Source: Fimbriimonadales bacterium
GTDB taxonomy: Bacteria; Armatimonadota; Fimbriimonadia; Fimbriimonadales; ATM1
Assembly: GCA_041744215.1 (NCBI GenBank)
Contig: JBGTLG010000016.1
Span: 125,922 to 189,921, forward strand
Direction of reading: 5' to 3'
DNA length: 64,000 bases
The position numbers were made by a program, and so were the translations under genes. Shown here one piece after another: positions 41,215 to 50,451 of the stretch. The number at the start of each line of letters is the position of its first letter. The first letter of the stretch is position 1. Under the pieces are notes generated by a model. The model saw only the letters and a list, made by a program, of their open reading frames with translations, had not been told where the DNA came from and searched no databases.

Positions 41215-42315
41215 GTGAAGCCCGTCGCTGTGTATCTCCACACCCCGTTCTGTCCATCGAAGTGTGGCTACTGCGACTTTAACAGCTATGCCATGGACGG
41301 AGAAATCGTCGCTCGAACTGTCTCTGCTACGCTGACCGAGATCGACCGCGCAAACCACCGTCATCGTCCCGCTCAAACGATCTTCTTTGGTGGAGGGACG
41401 CCTACCTTCCTTGATTCCGATCAGCTAGGGGCCCTACTGAAGCGTGTCTGCTCAGCTCACCCTCCACTCGAAGGATGCGAGGTCTCAAGCGAAGCAAATC
41501 CGGGGACCGTCGATGCGCAGAAGTTTGAAGCGATGCGAAAGGCAGGCTTCAATCGGATTAGCATAGGCGCCCAAAGTTTTGTCGATGATGACCTAATCAG
41601 ACTTGGCCGTGTTCATCGATCCGGCGAAATCGAACGGGCAGTGCATGCAGCACGAATGGCGGGATTCGAGAACATTAACGTCGATCTGATGTTCGCACTC
41701 CCGGATCAGTCCCTGTCCGCGTGGAGAGACAACCTTCGCAGGGCGATCGACCTTGGGACCGAGCATCTAAGTCTCTATTGTCTTACGATCGAGCACAACA
41801 CCCAGTTTTACAAACTCTTTCAAAAAGGGCTCCTCGATTTGCCAAATGATGCTGGTCAAGTGGAGATGTACGAAATTGCAATCGAGGAAGCTCGCGCCGC
41901 CGGGCTCAACCAGTACGAGATCAGTAACTTCGCGAAGCCTGGAAAAGAATGCGCGCATAACCTCTGCTATTGGAGAGGGGAAGAGTACGTCGCATATGGG
42001 CCTGGAGCCGTAGAGAGAGTAGGGCATCGAAGGTGGACCCACGTCAAACATCCCAAGCTGTATTGTGAGCGAGTTGAACAAAATGCCGATCTCGACTGCG
42101 AGTCAGAATGCCTCAACGAGGAGACACTCCGCTTTGAGCGCATCATGTTAGGATTAAGACTCAGTGAAGGCGTACATTTCGACTCTGTGCGCCCGAATGA
42201 AGCAGGACTTCGCGATGCGATCGGACGCGGCTGGATCGAGGTTTCAGACGACAGAATGCGATTGACAAGCCTAGGGAGGCATTATTGCAATCAAGCAATC
42301 GTCTTAGTCGCTTAG
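41215..42315 (+). CDS. hemW: Radical SAM heme chaperone HemW
   Basis: YLHTPFCPSKCGYCDFN (CxxxCxxC), FFGGGTPT, EANP, YEISNFA, HN..YW. Confidence 0.93.
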   Translation: MKPVAVYLHTPFCPSKCGYCDFNSYAMDGEIVARTVSATLTEIDRANHRHRPAQTIFFGGGTPTFLDSDQLGALLKRVCSAHPPLEGCEVSSEANPGTVDAQKFEAMRKAGFNRISIGAQSFVDDDLIRLGRVHRSGEIERAVHAARMAGFENINVDLMFALPDQSLSAWRDNLRRAIDLGTEHLSLYCLTIEHNTQFYKLFQKGLLDLPNDAGQVEMYEIAIEEARAAGLNQYEISNFAKPGKECAHNLCYWRGEEYVAYGPGAVERVGHRRWTHVKHPKLYCERVEQNADLDCESECLNEETLRFERIMLGLRLSEGVHFDSVRPNEAGLRDAIGRGWIEVSDDRMRLTSLGRHYCNQAIVLVA

Positions 42316-43205
42316 GCTCGCACGACCATGACCGGATAGGAGCCGTGTGACACCTGGTGGCTTGCAACACTTCCGAGTAAAAATCGCTCGACTGCAGAGT
42401 GCCCTTTTGCGCCCAGAACAAGCAAGTCAGCGCCAGTTTCCGCCATTGCCGTTGAGATCCCTTCGTTCGGCGCCCCTTCTACCAGCAGTACTTCCACTTC
42501 GCACCCCAGAGGCTTCAATGCTTCAGACGCGTGCTTCAGTCGATCTGCAACTTGCTCACGAAAACTCTCTTCGATTGCAGGTTCGACACCAGGTATGCCA
42601 AAGAGGTCAGCGTTCTGATTGATGGTCACTTGGTACGCCGACATTAGCGTTACCTTCGATATCCCCTTGGGCCTCATTTCCACAAACTTCTGAAGGCATC
42701 GCGAAGCGTAACCCGAGTGATCCGTCCCAAACACGGCGTGCACGCTTCCCTCCCTCACTGCATTTCCGCGAGCAACGAGGACAGAAGCCTTCGAGTGAGC
42801 GCAGAGACCGCTGCTGACGCTTCCGAAGAAGAATGACTCCATCGGTCCCTTCTCCTCGCTACCCACTGCAATAAGATCTGCCCCAAGTTCGTGCGCTGCC
42901 TCGTCCAGCTTATCGGAAGGACTACCAAACTTGACTTTCGCATCGGCCGGAATACCCATGTCGATTAAGAGGGCTGCGGCGGCTTCCGCAGTTTTTTGAG
43001 CGTGCTTTTGAGAGGCCTCCGTGATTCGCGAGATGTCCAGTGAAATGCTCGCACCCATGTCCGGAGGAACGGCGAGGCCAAGAGATGTCGGCTCTTCGAC
43101 CGCGCTCAGCGCGACAGCTGTCGCGCGATCGAACGCGAGGCGACCGAGGAGCATGATGACCGAGTGGCAGCGGCCTCGAGGATCTACACCAACGACGACT
43201 TTCAT
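42312..43205 (-). CDS. Universal stress protein (tandem USP domains)
   Basis: Two ADL...G...G......GSV motifs. Confidence 0.92.
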   Translation of the reverse strand: MKVVVGVDPRGRCHSVIMLLGRLAFDRATAVALSAVEEPTSLGLAVPPDMGASISLDISRITEASQKHAQKTAEAAAALLIDMGIPADAKVKFGSPSDKLDEAAHELGADLIAVGSEEKGPMESFFFGSVSSGLCAHSKASVLVARGNAVREGSVHAVFGTDHSGYASRCLQKFVEMRPKGISKVTLMSAYQVTINQNADLFGIPGVEPAIEESFREQVADRLKHASEALKPLGCEVEVLLVEGAPNEGISTAMAETGADLLVLGAKGHSAVERFLLGSVASHQVSHGSYPVMVVRA

Positions 43206-43209
43206 TTCT

Positions 43210-43620
43210 CTAACCTACCCCATCTAACTTCTCACGCAGCCAATCAGGGATCGTGACCGCTTTTCTTTCGCTTCCCATCAGAACGTGCCACGTATATCCA
43301 TCAGTCTTCTTCCTGCCACTGGCCGATACAACCTCATACTCGAATTTGATCGCCGCGCGGCGCACTTCGGCGACTCGAACTCGAACAAGGATCTCATCAT
43401 CGTAGACAATCTCACCTCGATACCTCGCCCACACTTCAACGACCGGCAAGAAGTAACCCTCCTCCTCAAGGCTCTTGTACGTGAAGCCATTCGCACGGCA
43501 CCAATCGCCCCTTGCAACTTCGAACCAATAGAGGTAGTTGGCGTAATAAGCGTGACCCATCTGATCTGTCTCACCGTACCGAACTCGGATAGGCGTTTCA
43601 ATCCATGTTGGGGTCTCCAC
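43210..43620 (-). CDS. Acyl-CoA thioesterase (YbgC/FadM family)
   Basis: RVRYGETDQMG..Y.ANYL.WFE.AR; GTG start 6 nt after TACGAT. Confidence 0.92.
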   Translation of the reverse strand: METPTWIETPIRVRYGETDQMGHAYYANYLYWFEVARGDWCRANGFTYKSLEEEGYFLPVVEVWARYRGEIVYDDEILVRVRVAEVRRAAIKFEYEVVSASGRKKTDGYTWHVLMGSERKAVTIPDWLREKLDGVG

Positions 43621-43661
43621 TTTAACATCGTATCCCATCGCGAGTCTGATATGCTGTGGCA

Positions 43662-43964
43662 ATGCAACGCGGAACGCTCGAAGACTTGTGGACCATTGTT
43701 CGCTCTATTCCACCTGGCAAAGTGATGAGTTACGGTGAGGTGGGCGAGCTGCTGTCGCGTCCCGCGAATGGCCGCCTCGTCGGTCAATGGATGGCTCAGG
43801 CGCCTGACGGCGTCCCGTGGTGGCGAGTCGTAGCGAAAGATGGTCGGCTGCCAATCGCAAAGCGAGGACCGGGATTCGCTTCAGAGCAGGCTCAGCGGCT
43901 ACATGGGGAAGGAACGCCCTTTCTCGAGGCGGATCGGGTGGACATGAAACGCGCAGCGTACTAA
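43662..43964 (+). CDS. Alkyltransferase-like (ATL) DNA damage-binding protein, MGMT family
   Basis: IP.GKV.SYG.V, R.VG, PWWRVV (Trp in place of the catalytic Cys). Confidence 0.9.
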   Translation: MQRGTLEDLWTIVRSIPPGKVMSYGEVGELLSRPANGRLVGQWMAQAPDGVPWWRVVAKDGRLPIAKRGPGFASEQAQRLHGEGTPFLEADRVDMKRAAY

Positions 43965-44030
43965 GACACCTAAAGTGGATCTGTTGCACCGTCACCTTGA
44001 TGCACGTGTGCTTAGTAGCCTGGTCGACCG

Positions 44031-44801
44031 CTAAGACTGACGCTGCCGCACAGTTTCAATCTCGTCCTCAGCATTTCTGAGATGCCTTAGGTGCTGGAGT
44101 GCAGCAGTGATCGACGTGTCCGATTTGTCACCGACGGTTTCGGATTGCATTCTTGAGTTCGTAAGCGTTTCTACCTCGTGCGCGAGTTCCTCCATTTGCT
44201 CAAGAACGGACTCCATCGCACTGCCAGTTCGGTCTCCGCCACCAGCGAGTGCGAGCATTTTCAGCAGTCCGCTTTCCATCGCCGTCACCGTTCGTTCCAT
44301 GGCCGCAGCGTAAACGCCAGGTGAACGTTGCCCAAACCCGCTAACGATAAACAACCGACGGGACTCGGACCACAGCCTCGCCCCTTTTTCTAGGCGTTCT
44401 ATGTCGTCACGATTCAGCACGGAACGCATCCCACCAGCATACTGCGCATGCCACAAACGCCACGTCAGGGACTTGGCGGACTTGCGGGCCGCACGCATCC
44501 CCGGATCCTGGCGCACCCGCGTGCGGAGATACCAACTGACCACCCCAACAGTCGCCACCGCCCAGAGAGCGATGGGAAATGCAATAGTCCAGACAGGAAG
44601 CTGAAGTGCGCCGAGGAGCACGCCGATCGAGCCGCCTACGATTCCTCCCAAGCCGCCTACGACTCCGCCAACAACGCCAGCGCGAGAGTCTCCTGCCCCC
44701 CGCATCACATAGTCGATGTACTCGGCCAGGTGAGGATATTCTGGATCACGTCGAAACCAAGTCCAACCAAATCCGTCTTGCCAGTTCCCTCGGTCGCTCA
44801 T
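44031..44801 (-). CDS. Hypothetical membrane protein (2 TM plus helical domain), paralog of 44798-45589
   Basis: Two hydrophobic segments then a helical domain; ATGA overlap with the upstream gene. Confidence 0.8.
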   Translation of the reverse strand: MSDRGNWQDGFGWTWFRRDPEYPHLAEYIDYVMRGAGDSRAGVVGGVVGGLGGIVGGSIGVLLGALQLPVWTIAFPIALWAVATVGVVSWYLRTRVRQDPGMRAARKSAKSLTWRLWHAQYAGGMRSVLNRDDIERLEKGARLWSESRRLFIVSGFGQRSPGVYAAAMERTVTAMESGLLKMLALAGGGDRTGSAMESVLEQMEELAHEVETLTNSRMQSETVGDKSDTSITAALQHLRHLRNAEDEIETVRQRQS

Positions 44802-45589
44802 ATGCCCCCTTGGGAGATTCGCTGAACCTCATCTTGCGCCTGCTCCAGCCGCCGCATCTCCGAGAGCGCGTCTTGGATCTCTGTCGCAGAGCCAGATTCG
44901 ATCCCGCCCTGATGGATTAGCTTCTCCGTCATACGCCTCGCCGTGCGCGCCATCTCGCGCATCTCCTCGACCAAAGCGATTGCAGGATCGAGTGTCGGGG
45001 ACAAAAAGTCTGCGCCCGCGACCCTGTTGTGCTGGGTTGCTAGTACGAGCCGAAGCATCGCTGAGTCCATAGCCAGGAGCGCTTTCTGTCGCGTGCTCAA
45101 CCACACCGAGTCGGATCCTGCACCAAGCCATACCGCCGAATCAAGCGACTGCCGACACTCAATCCAGTACTTTGCGCCTTGGTTCAACAGCTCTCCAACA
45201 CCGCCCCCAAGGTACCGATCGAGCTTGCGTTGGACCTTGAACTCATAGAGTTGCTTAAGCAATGGCCTCGCGCTTGTTTCGAGATCTGTCAGTTCGTTTC
45301 GTTCCCTCTTCTTGTTGCCGGAGTACCACGTCGCAAACCCTGCGATTCCGGCGGCGGTCAGCGCGAGGAGTAGGGTCGGCAGGTGCCAAGTTCTTGCCAA
45401 AGCCAGAGCGAAAAACGACGCACCGAGCCCCACGACAGCAGTAAAAGTCGCCCCAAGCGTGGCCGCTATGGCGCGCGTATCCTGCATCTTCAACATTTGG
45501 GTTTCGAGGTAGGCGTAAAAGTACGGGAGGGCCGGCTCCCTGTAGAAGATCCGCTCGAAAAATGTCCGGATTCCGTGGTAATCAGCCAT
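44798..45589 (-). CDS. Hypothetical membrane protein (2 TM plus helical domain)
   Basis: Same architecture and shared motifs with the downstream gene; ATG 7 nt after TATCCT. Confidence 0.8.
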   Translation of the reverse strand: MADYHGIRTFFERIFYREPALPYFYAYLETQMLKMQDTRAIAATLGATFTAVVGLGASFFALALARTWHLPTLLLALTAAGIAGFATWYSGNKKRERNELTDLETSARPLLKQLYEFKVQRKLDRYLGGGVGELLNQGAKYWIECRQSLDSAVWLGAGSDSVWLSTRQKALLAMDSAMLRLVLATQHNRVAGADFLSPTLDPAIALVEEMREMARTARRMTEKLIHQGGIESGSATEIQDALSEMRRLEQAQDEVQRISQGGI

Positions 45590-45623
45590 CAAGTATAGGA
45601 TACGGTACTGCGCGAGTCCGCGT

Positions 45624-46385
45624 TTACGTGATCTCCGCTGCGCTGGTCAACACGTAGGTCGGCTGAGGTGCGCCCTGCACAGCCTGTGTGGCAACTCCAG
45701 TTAGCACAAGAGCCGAATCGCACCCTGCACGATTGGCGCAGAGAATATCGGTATCTGGCTGGTCTCCTACCAGCAAAGTTTCGTCTGGGTCGATCCCTGT
45801 ATCGGCCCAAATCATCTCCATCAGAGTCGTTTGAGGCTTGCCGACAACAATGTCCGGTCTCCGCCCTGATGCCGCCGCGACTGCAGCGACGATCGAACCA
45901 GCCCCGGGCCTAAGGACACCGCCCGCGTCCGGATAAGTCAAATCTGGATTGGTCGCCAAAAACCCTGCCCCGGCTCGGACCCGTTGCTGCGCCTCGTCAA
46001 GCAGAGCGTAAGTCAGGTCCCGGCACACACCTACGACGACCCACCCTGCCTCTCCAGAGTTTTCTCTCCTAACCCCGCACAAAGCCAACTCCTCGATTAG
46101 ACCAGGCTCGCCAAGAACATACGCCGCGGACACGTGCCGATCTTCAAGGTACCTGCCGGCCGCACTCGCCGACGAATAGACGTCTCCCGCATTAGCGGGA
46201 AATCCCATGCCTACAAGCTTGCCCGCATACTGCTCTCGCGTCTTCGAGGAGTTGTTCGTGAGGTATCGCACCATTGCGCCTCGTGCTTTGATCTGATCAA
46301 CTGCTTGCGGGGTTCCGTCAACCACTTCGTCCCCGCGGTAGAGAACTCCATCGAGATCGAAGACATACAGCGAGTACTTCTTCAC
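45624..46385 (-). CDS. HAD-IIA family hydrolase (NagD-like)
   Basis: FDLDGVLY, LTNNS, ATNPD, PG.GS, GKP, VGD..DTDI, VLTG. Confidence 0.93.
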   Translation of the reverse strand: MKKYSLYVFDLDGVLYRGDEVVDGTPQAVDQIKARGAMVRYLTNNSSKTREQYAGKLVGMGFPANAGDVYSSASAAGRYLEDRHVSAAYVLGEPGLIEELALCGVRRENSGEAGWVVVGVCRDLTYALLDEAQQRVRAGAGFLATNPDLTYPDAGGVLRPGAGSIVAAVAAASGRRPDIVVGKPQTTLMEMIWADTGIDPDETLLVGDQPDTDILCANRAGCDSALVLTGVATQAVQGAPQPTYVLTSAAEIT

Positions 46386-47389
46386 GCTTCGCGAAGCACC
46401 GCATAGTTTGCAATGGAAGCAAGGAGTGACCTTGCCGAACTTTCGTTGATTCCGTCAAGCGCATTAAGGGCAACCTGCGCATATTCTCGCGCAGCCAACT
46501 GCGACTTTGCGAATGCTCCTCTCGATTCCATCAATGTCGTGATGGCTTCTAAGTCGTTCAGTTGCAAACCGTTTCCAAACTTCTGCCGGACGAAATCGGA
46601 CTCATCACCAATCAGTTCCTTGCGCAAAAGTATCAAAGGGAGCGTTGCGCAGCCATCAAGAAAGTCCGTCGCGCGTGACTTGCCCGTCTTCGATCCATCT
46701 CCAAGGAAGTCCAGCACGTCGTCTGCTATCTGGAACGCGATTCCGAGCGAGTTGCCGTACGTCCACAGGGCCTGTTCCTCATCAGGGCTTGCCCCTGCGA
46801 TCATCCCGCCAGCCGCACAGCAGCAAGCCATAAAAGTTGCAGTTTTACGCTGAAGGATGTCCATATGGTCACTTTCGGTGAGGTCGAAATCGCCTCGAGC
46901 CTCAAGCTCTTGGACTTCACCTTCGGCCAAATCAACCACGGCCTTGCTCACTGCGCGGATGATCCTCAGGTCACCATCGTCTGCGAGAATCTCCATAGCC
47001 TTGGCAAGAAGCACGTCACCCGTCAAAATGGATTCGGTCGTTCCCCACAGGCTATGAGGCGTCTTCCTTCCTCGTCTCGTTGGTGCGCCATCAATGACAT
47101 CGTCATGAATCAGCGTCGCCATGTGAATCATTTCCACGCACGCGCCAATGTTATGCACACGCCCCGGATCGTAATCTTGCGAGATACACCTCGCGCTTAG
47201 GCTCACTAACAACGGACGCAGTCGCTTGCCACCTCCTTGTGCAACGTGTTCGCCAATCTGCTCGACGGTCGAGACATCCGACTTCAACGCTACTGCAAGC
47301 ACGCGCTCGCAATGTGCAACATCATCAGCAAGCGACGACGCCAACTCATCGCCTGCTATCTGCTTCGCAGCTTCCAAGTAGGTCGTCAT
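46382..47389 (-). CDS. Polyprenyl diphosphate synthase (HepT/IspB-like)
   Basis: GGKRLRP, EMIHMATLIHDDVID...TRRG, KTA, FQIADDVLD. Confidence 0.95.
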   Translation of the reverse strand: MTTYLEAAKQIAGDELASSLADDVAHCERVLAVALKSDVSTVEQIGEHVAQGGGKRLRPLLVSLSARCISQDYDPGRVHNIGACVEMIHMATLIHDDVIDGAPTRRGRKTPHSLWGTTESILTGDVLLAKAMEILADDGDLRIIRAVSKAVVDLAEGEVQELEARGDFDLTESDHMDILQRKTATFMACCCAAGGMIAGASPDEEQALWTYGNSLGIAFQIADDVLDFLGDGSKTGKSRATDFLDGCATLPLILLRKELIGDESDFVRQKFGNGLQLNDLEAITTLMESRGAFAKSQLAAREYAQVALNALDGINESSARSLLASIANYAVLREA

Positions 47390-48105
47390 TTTTCTCCGTA
47401 GTGAATACAAATGTTGCCAAAGAACAGGTCTAACCATCGAACATTTTTGAAGCCTGCGTCGCGCATCAACTGAGACATCTCGTCTCTGCTAGCGAACAAC
47501 TGTGTTGACTCCGGCAGATATGTGTACGCCTCGCGCTTTCCTAAGAGCGAGCCGAGAAGCGGCACTCCACGTCGAAACGCCAAAGCCGAGAGCCATTTCG
47601 CGGAGCGGGAACTCGGAACCGCCATGTCAATGGTCGCGAACCTGCCGCCTGGCCTCAGGACTCGAAAGATCTCCGAGAGCACGAGTTGAAGACTTGAGAC
47701 GTTCCTAAGCCCCCAGCCCACAGTTACCGCGTCAAACGAAGAACTGGCGAGTGGGAGTCGGACCGCGTCTCCGCTGACAAGAACCATCGGGACCCCTTTT
47801 CCGCGGCCACGATCGAGCATCGGAAGGCAGAAGTCGACCCCGACCACCGTCCCGATAGGCCCAACGGCGGCGCGGAGCGGCCGGGCAAAATCGCCGGTGC
47901 CACAGCAAACATCAACCGCAGCATCCCCGTAGCGCAGGTTGAGCAGGCGTACCGCAGCTCGTCGCCACCGGTGGTGGAGACGTAAGGACATCGCCGAGTT
48001 CATGAGATCATAGGTTGGCGAAATCTCGGCGAACATTCGCTTGACGGCCGAGCTTTTTTCCTCGCCGGCAGCGGTCCATGGCGGTTGGGTGGCGTTTCCG
48101 CTCAT
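47386..48105 (-). CDS. menG: Demethylmenaquinone methyltransferase (UbiE/MenG)
   Basis: V..MF..I...YDLMN..MS..LH..WR, D.CCGTGD, WGLRNV, RVLRPGG, AY.YLPES. Confidence 0.93.
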   Translation of the reverse strand: MSGNATQPPWTAAGEEKSSAVKRMFAEISPTYDLMNSAMSLRLHHRWRRAAVRLLNLRYGDAAVDVCCGTGDFARPLRAAVGPIGTVVGVDFCLPMLDRGRGKGVPMVLVSGDAVRLPLASSSFDAVTVGWGLRNVSSLQLVLSEIFRVLRPGGRFATIDMAVPSSRSAKWLSALAFRRGVPLLGSLLGKREAYTYLPESTQLFASRDEMSQLMRDAGFKNVRWLDLFFGNICIHYGEK

Positions 48106-48161
48106 GCTTGCGCTAGGATTCTACCTACGCCGGGTCCGAACTTTCAGTTTTTTGTGAAAGT

Positions 48162-49397
48162 TCATTCCGAAGCCAAGAGCTCCTCGCGGAGCATCTGAAG
48201 AGCAATCTGAGTCGAGCGAAATCGGACGGTTTCTCGATTACCAGTCAGCTTCAGTTCTGACACAGCAGTACCTCTTGGCCCAGCCACCGAAATGTAGACC
48301 AAACCCACGGGTTTATCCTTCGTTCCTCCACCCGGTCCTGCTATCCCCGTTACTCCGATCGCATAGTCTGAGTCAACGATTCGGCGGGCGCCCTCGGCCA
48401 TCTGTCGGGCCACCGGCTCGCTGACTGCACCGTACTTCGCGAGGTCGTATCGCGCCACGGACACCTGGCGAGCTTTGAGCTCGTTAGTGTACGTGATGAA
48501 TCCCCCGAGATAGGCTCCGCTTGAACCTGGAACAGATGTGACTCGCTGGCCGAGCATGCCGCCAGTGCAAGACTCCGCAGTAGCGAGGGTTTTGCCCTTC
48601 GAGATGAGCATCCTGACCACAACCTCCGCAAGATCCTCATCGTTTTCGCTGAAAAGACTCTTGCCGAACCGTTCGCGAATCGCCTCCGCCATTGGTGCGA
48701 TTAGTTTTTCGGCTGCGAGGAGGTCGTCCGCGCGCGCGGCGATGCGCAGATGAACCTCCATCAATTTGACATATGGCGCGACAGTCGGGTTCTTCGAGTC
48801 GATTAGGTCCTTCACTCTGAGCTCGACGACAGACTCAGGCACTCCAACAATTCGGAACGTCTTTGTCGCAATAACGGAGTGCGGTCGCTTCATGAGCCAT
48901 CCCTTTTCGAAGTTGGTGAGAACCGCAGCAAACTCACCCTTTGGTCCCGGAAGGTTGACGATTGTTTTGCCGTTGTGCTCGGTAAGCAGCCCGACGGCTG
49001 AACCTTCTGGATTGGCGATCGGCCGAGACGTCGGTGGGCGCCTGGCCATCCGCTCGAGGAGCGGATTCCACGGTCGATTCATGCGCGCCATTCGCACTCT
49101 GAGTCGTCGAATCAGCACAGGGTCGACAATTAGCTCCTCGCCGAGAACTTGCGCGAGCGCGTCAATTGTGAGGTCGTCATAAGTCGGACCGAGACCGCCA
49201 ATTGTGATCACCAAGTCCGCCCGAGATAGTGCAGCTTTGACCGCTTCAACGATGGTGTGCAGATCGTCGCCGACGGTCGTTCTTCGATGGTGCTCGACGC
49301 CGTATCGGGCAAAAACTCTTCCCAAGGCTTGCGAGTTGGTATCGGCGATTTCGCCGAGCATGATTTCCGTTCCGGTTGCGACTATTTCCGCAGTCAT
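48162..49397 (-). CDS. cinA: Competence/damage-inducible protein A (COG1058 domain plus NMN deamidase)
   Basis: GTEI..G.I.DTN, GGLGPT.DD.T, LPGP..E, AESCTGG, GAVS..VA..MAEG, TGIAGP.GG...KPVG.V. Confidence 0.95.
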   Translation of the reverse strand: MTAEIVATGTEIMLGEIADTNSQALGRVFARYGVEHHRRTTVGDDLHTIVEAVKAALSRADLVITIGGLGPTYDDLTIDALAQVLGEELIVDPVLIRRLRVRMARMNRPWNPLLERMARRPPTSRPIANPEGSAVGLLTEHNGKTIVNLPGPKGEFAAVLTNFEKGWLMKRPHSVIATKTFRIVGVPESVVELRVKDLIDSKNPTVAPYVKLMEVHLRIAARADDLLAAEKLIAPMAEAIRERFGKSLFSENDEDLAEVVVRMLISKGKTLATAESCTGGMLGQRVTSVPGSSGAYLGGFITYTNELKARQVSVARYDLAKYGAVSEPVARQMAEGARRIVDSDYAIGVTGIAGPGGGTKDKPVGLVYISVAGPRGTAVSELKLTGNRETVRFRSTQIALQMLREELLASE

Positions 49398-49446
49398 CAG
49401 TTCCTTTCCAGCATGGCACGAACCGGAGGCCGGTAGACTGCTGCCC

Positions 49447-50451
49447 GTGCGACCCGAGGATCAGCAGAGGCTACAAGCGACGGTGATCGCGAGATCCGCC
49501 TGCGTCCATTTTGGGGTCGCAGGAACTCCGAGATTCATCACTCATGGCGCGAACAAGACATTTCGAGTCGATGATGTCGGGCGCAGTTACTCACTGCGAA
49601 TCCATAACCCATCCTATCACTCTGTCGGTGCGATAAGCAGCGAGCGTGCATGGCTCAACGCCCTTGCCGACGAGTCCGACATTTTGGTGCCAACGCCTCA
49701 CAAGACCAAAAGTGGCGATTGGGTCGCCACAATCACTTCTCCCTCCACCGGTCAGGTGTCCAACGCAACCCTTTCGGACTGGATTGACGGGATTCAGCGA
49801 CGCTTAAATCCGGAGCCTGCGCACTTTAGAGCGATTGGCGAAACCATGGCTAGACTGCATGAACACGCCAGTTCCTGGTCTCCCCCGCCGGACTTTCATC
49901 GACCCGTATGGGACGTAGGCGGAATCTTCTGGGAGCATGGGCAAGGCGGCGATATTTTGGATCGCGCGTTGAAGCAACTATCAAACACGCAGGCTGAGAC
50001 CATCCTGCGCGCACGCGAACCCGCAGAAAGGGTCATACGCGAGCTGCGGGATATCCCAGACGCCTGGGGGCTTATCCACGCCGATCTGCACCTCGCAAAC
50101 AACGTGTTTCAGTCTGCACGCGCCTGCCCAATTGACTTCGACGATTGCGGTTTCGGATCGTATGTGTATGATGCCGTGGTCGCTGTCCACTTCCATTCGT
50201 CGTCTCCTCACTTTCGAGCGTTCCTAGGCGCCCTCAGAGAAGGCTACGAACGAGTGCGGCGATTTCCTTCGGAGGGATTGCATCTGGTCCCATCATTGAT
50301 CGCGATGCGTTCCGCGTCGGTGGCGATTTGGATCGCGTCTCAAGTAGATGAGAACGGACGCTATCAAGAGCTTTTCTCAACTTACGTGGATGGGCTAATG
50401 ACCGACGTTCTATCCCTAGCAAACGGAACGGTGTCGGAGTGGCATCAATGA
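49447..50451 (+). CDS. Aminoglycoside phosphotransferase / homoserine kinase type II-like phosphotransferase
   Basis: N.TFRV, SLRIH, G..MARLH, GLIHADLH..N, IDFDDCG.G...YD; GTG start 7 nt after TAGACT. Confidence 0.88.
   Translation: MRPEDQQRLQATVIARSACVHFGVAGTPRFITHGANKTFRVDDVGRSYSLRIHNPSYHSVGAISSERAWLNALADESDILVPTPHKTKSGDWVATITSPSTGQVSNATLSDWIDGIQRRLNPEPAHFRAIGETMARLHEHASSWSPPPDFHRPVWDVGGIFWEHGQGGDILDRALKQLSNTQAETILRAREPAERVIRELRDIPDAWGLIHADLHLANNVFQSARACPIDFDDCGFGSYVYDAVVAVHFHSSSPHFRAFLGALREGYERVRRFPSEGLHLVPSLIAMRSASVAIWIASQVDENGRYQELFSTYVDGLMTDVLSLANGTVSEWHQ

Noticed and set aside
48148..48170. Rex operator upstream of menG
   Set aside because: Only one half-site (TTGTGAA) matches; the second half of TTGTGAA-N4-TTCACAA is missing.
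49204..49446. Extended kinase N-terminus overlapping cinA
   Set aside because: It is antisense to the conserved cinA start; the GTG at 49447 follows a -10 box.
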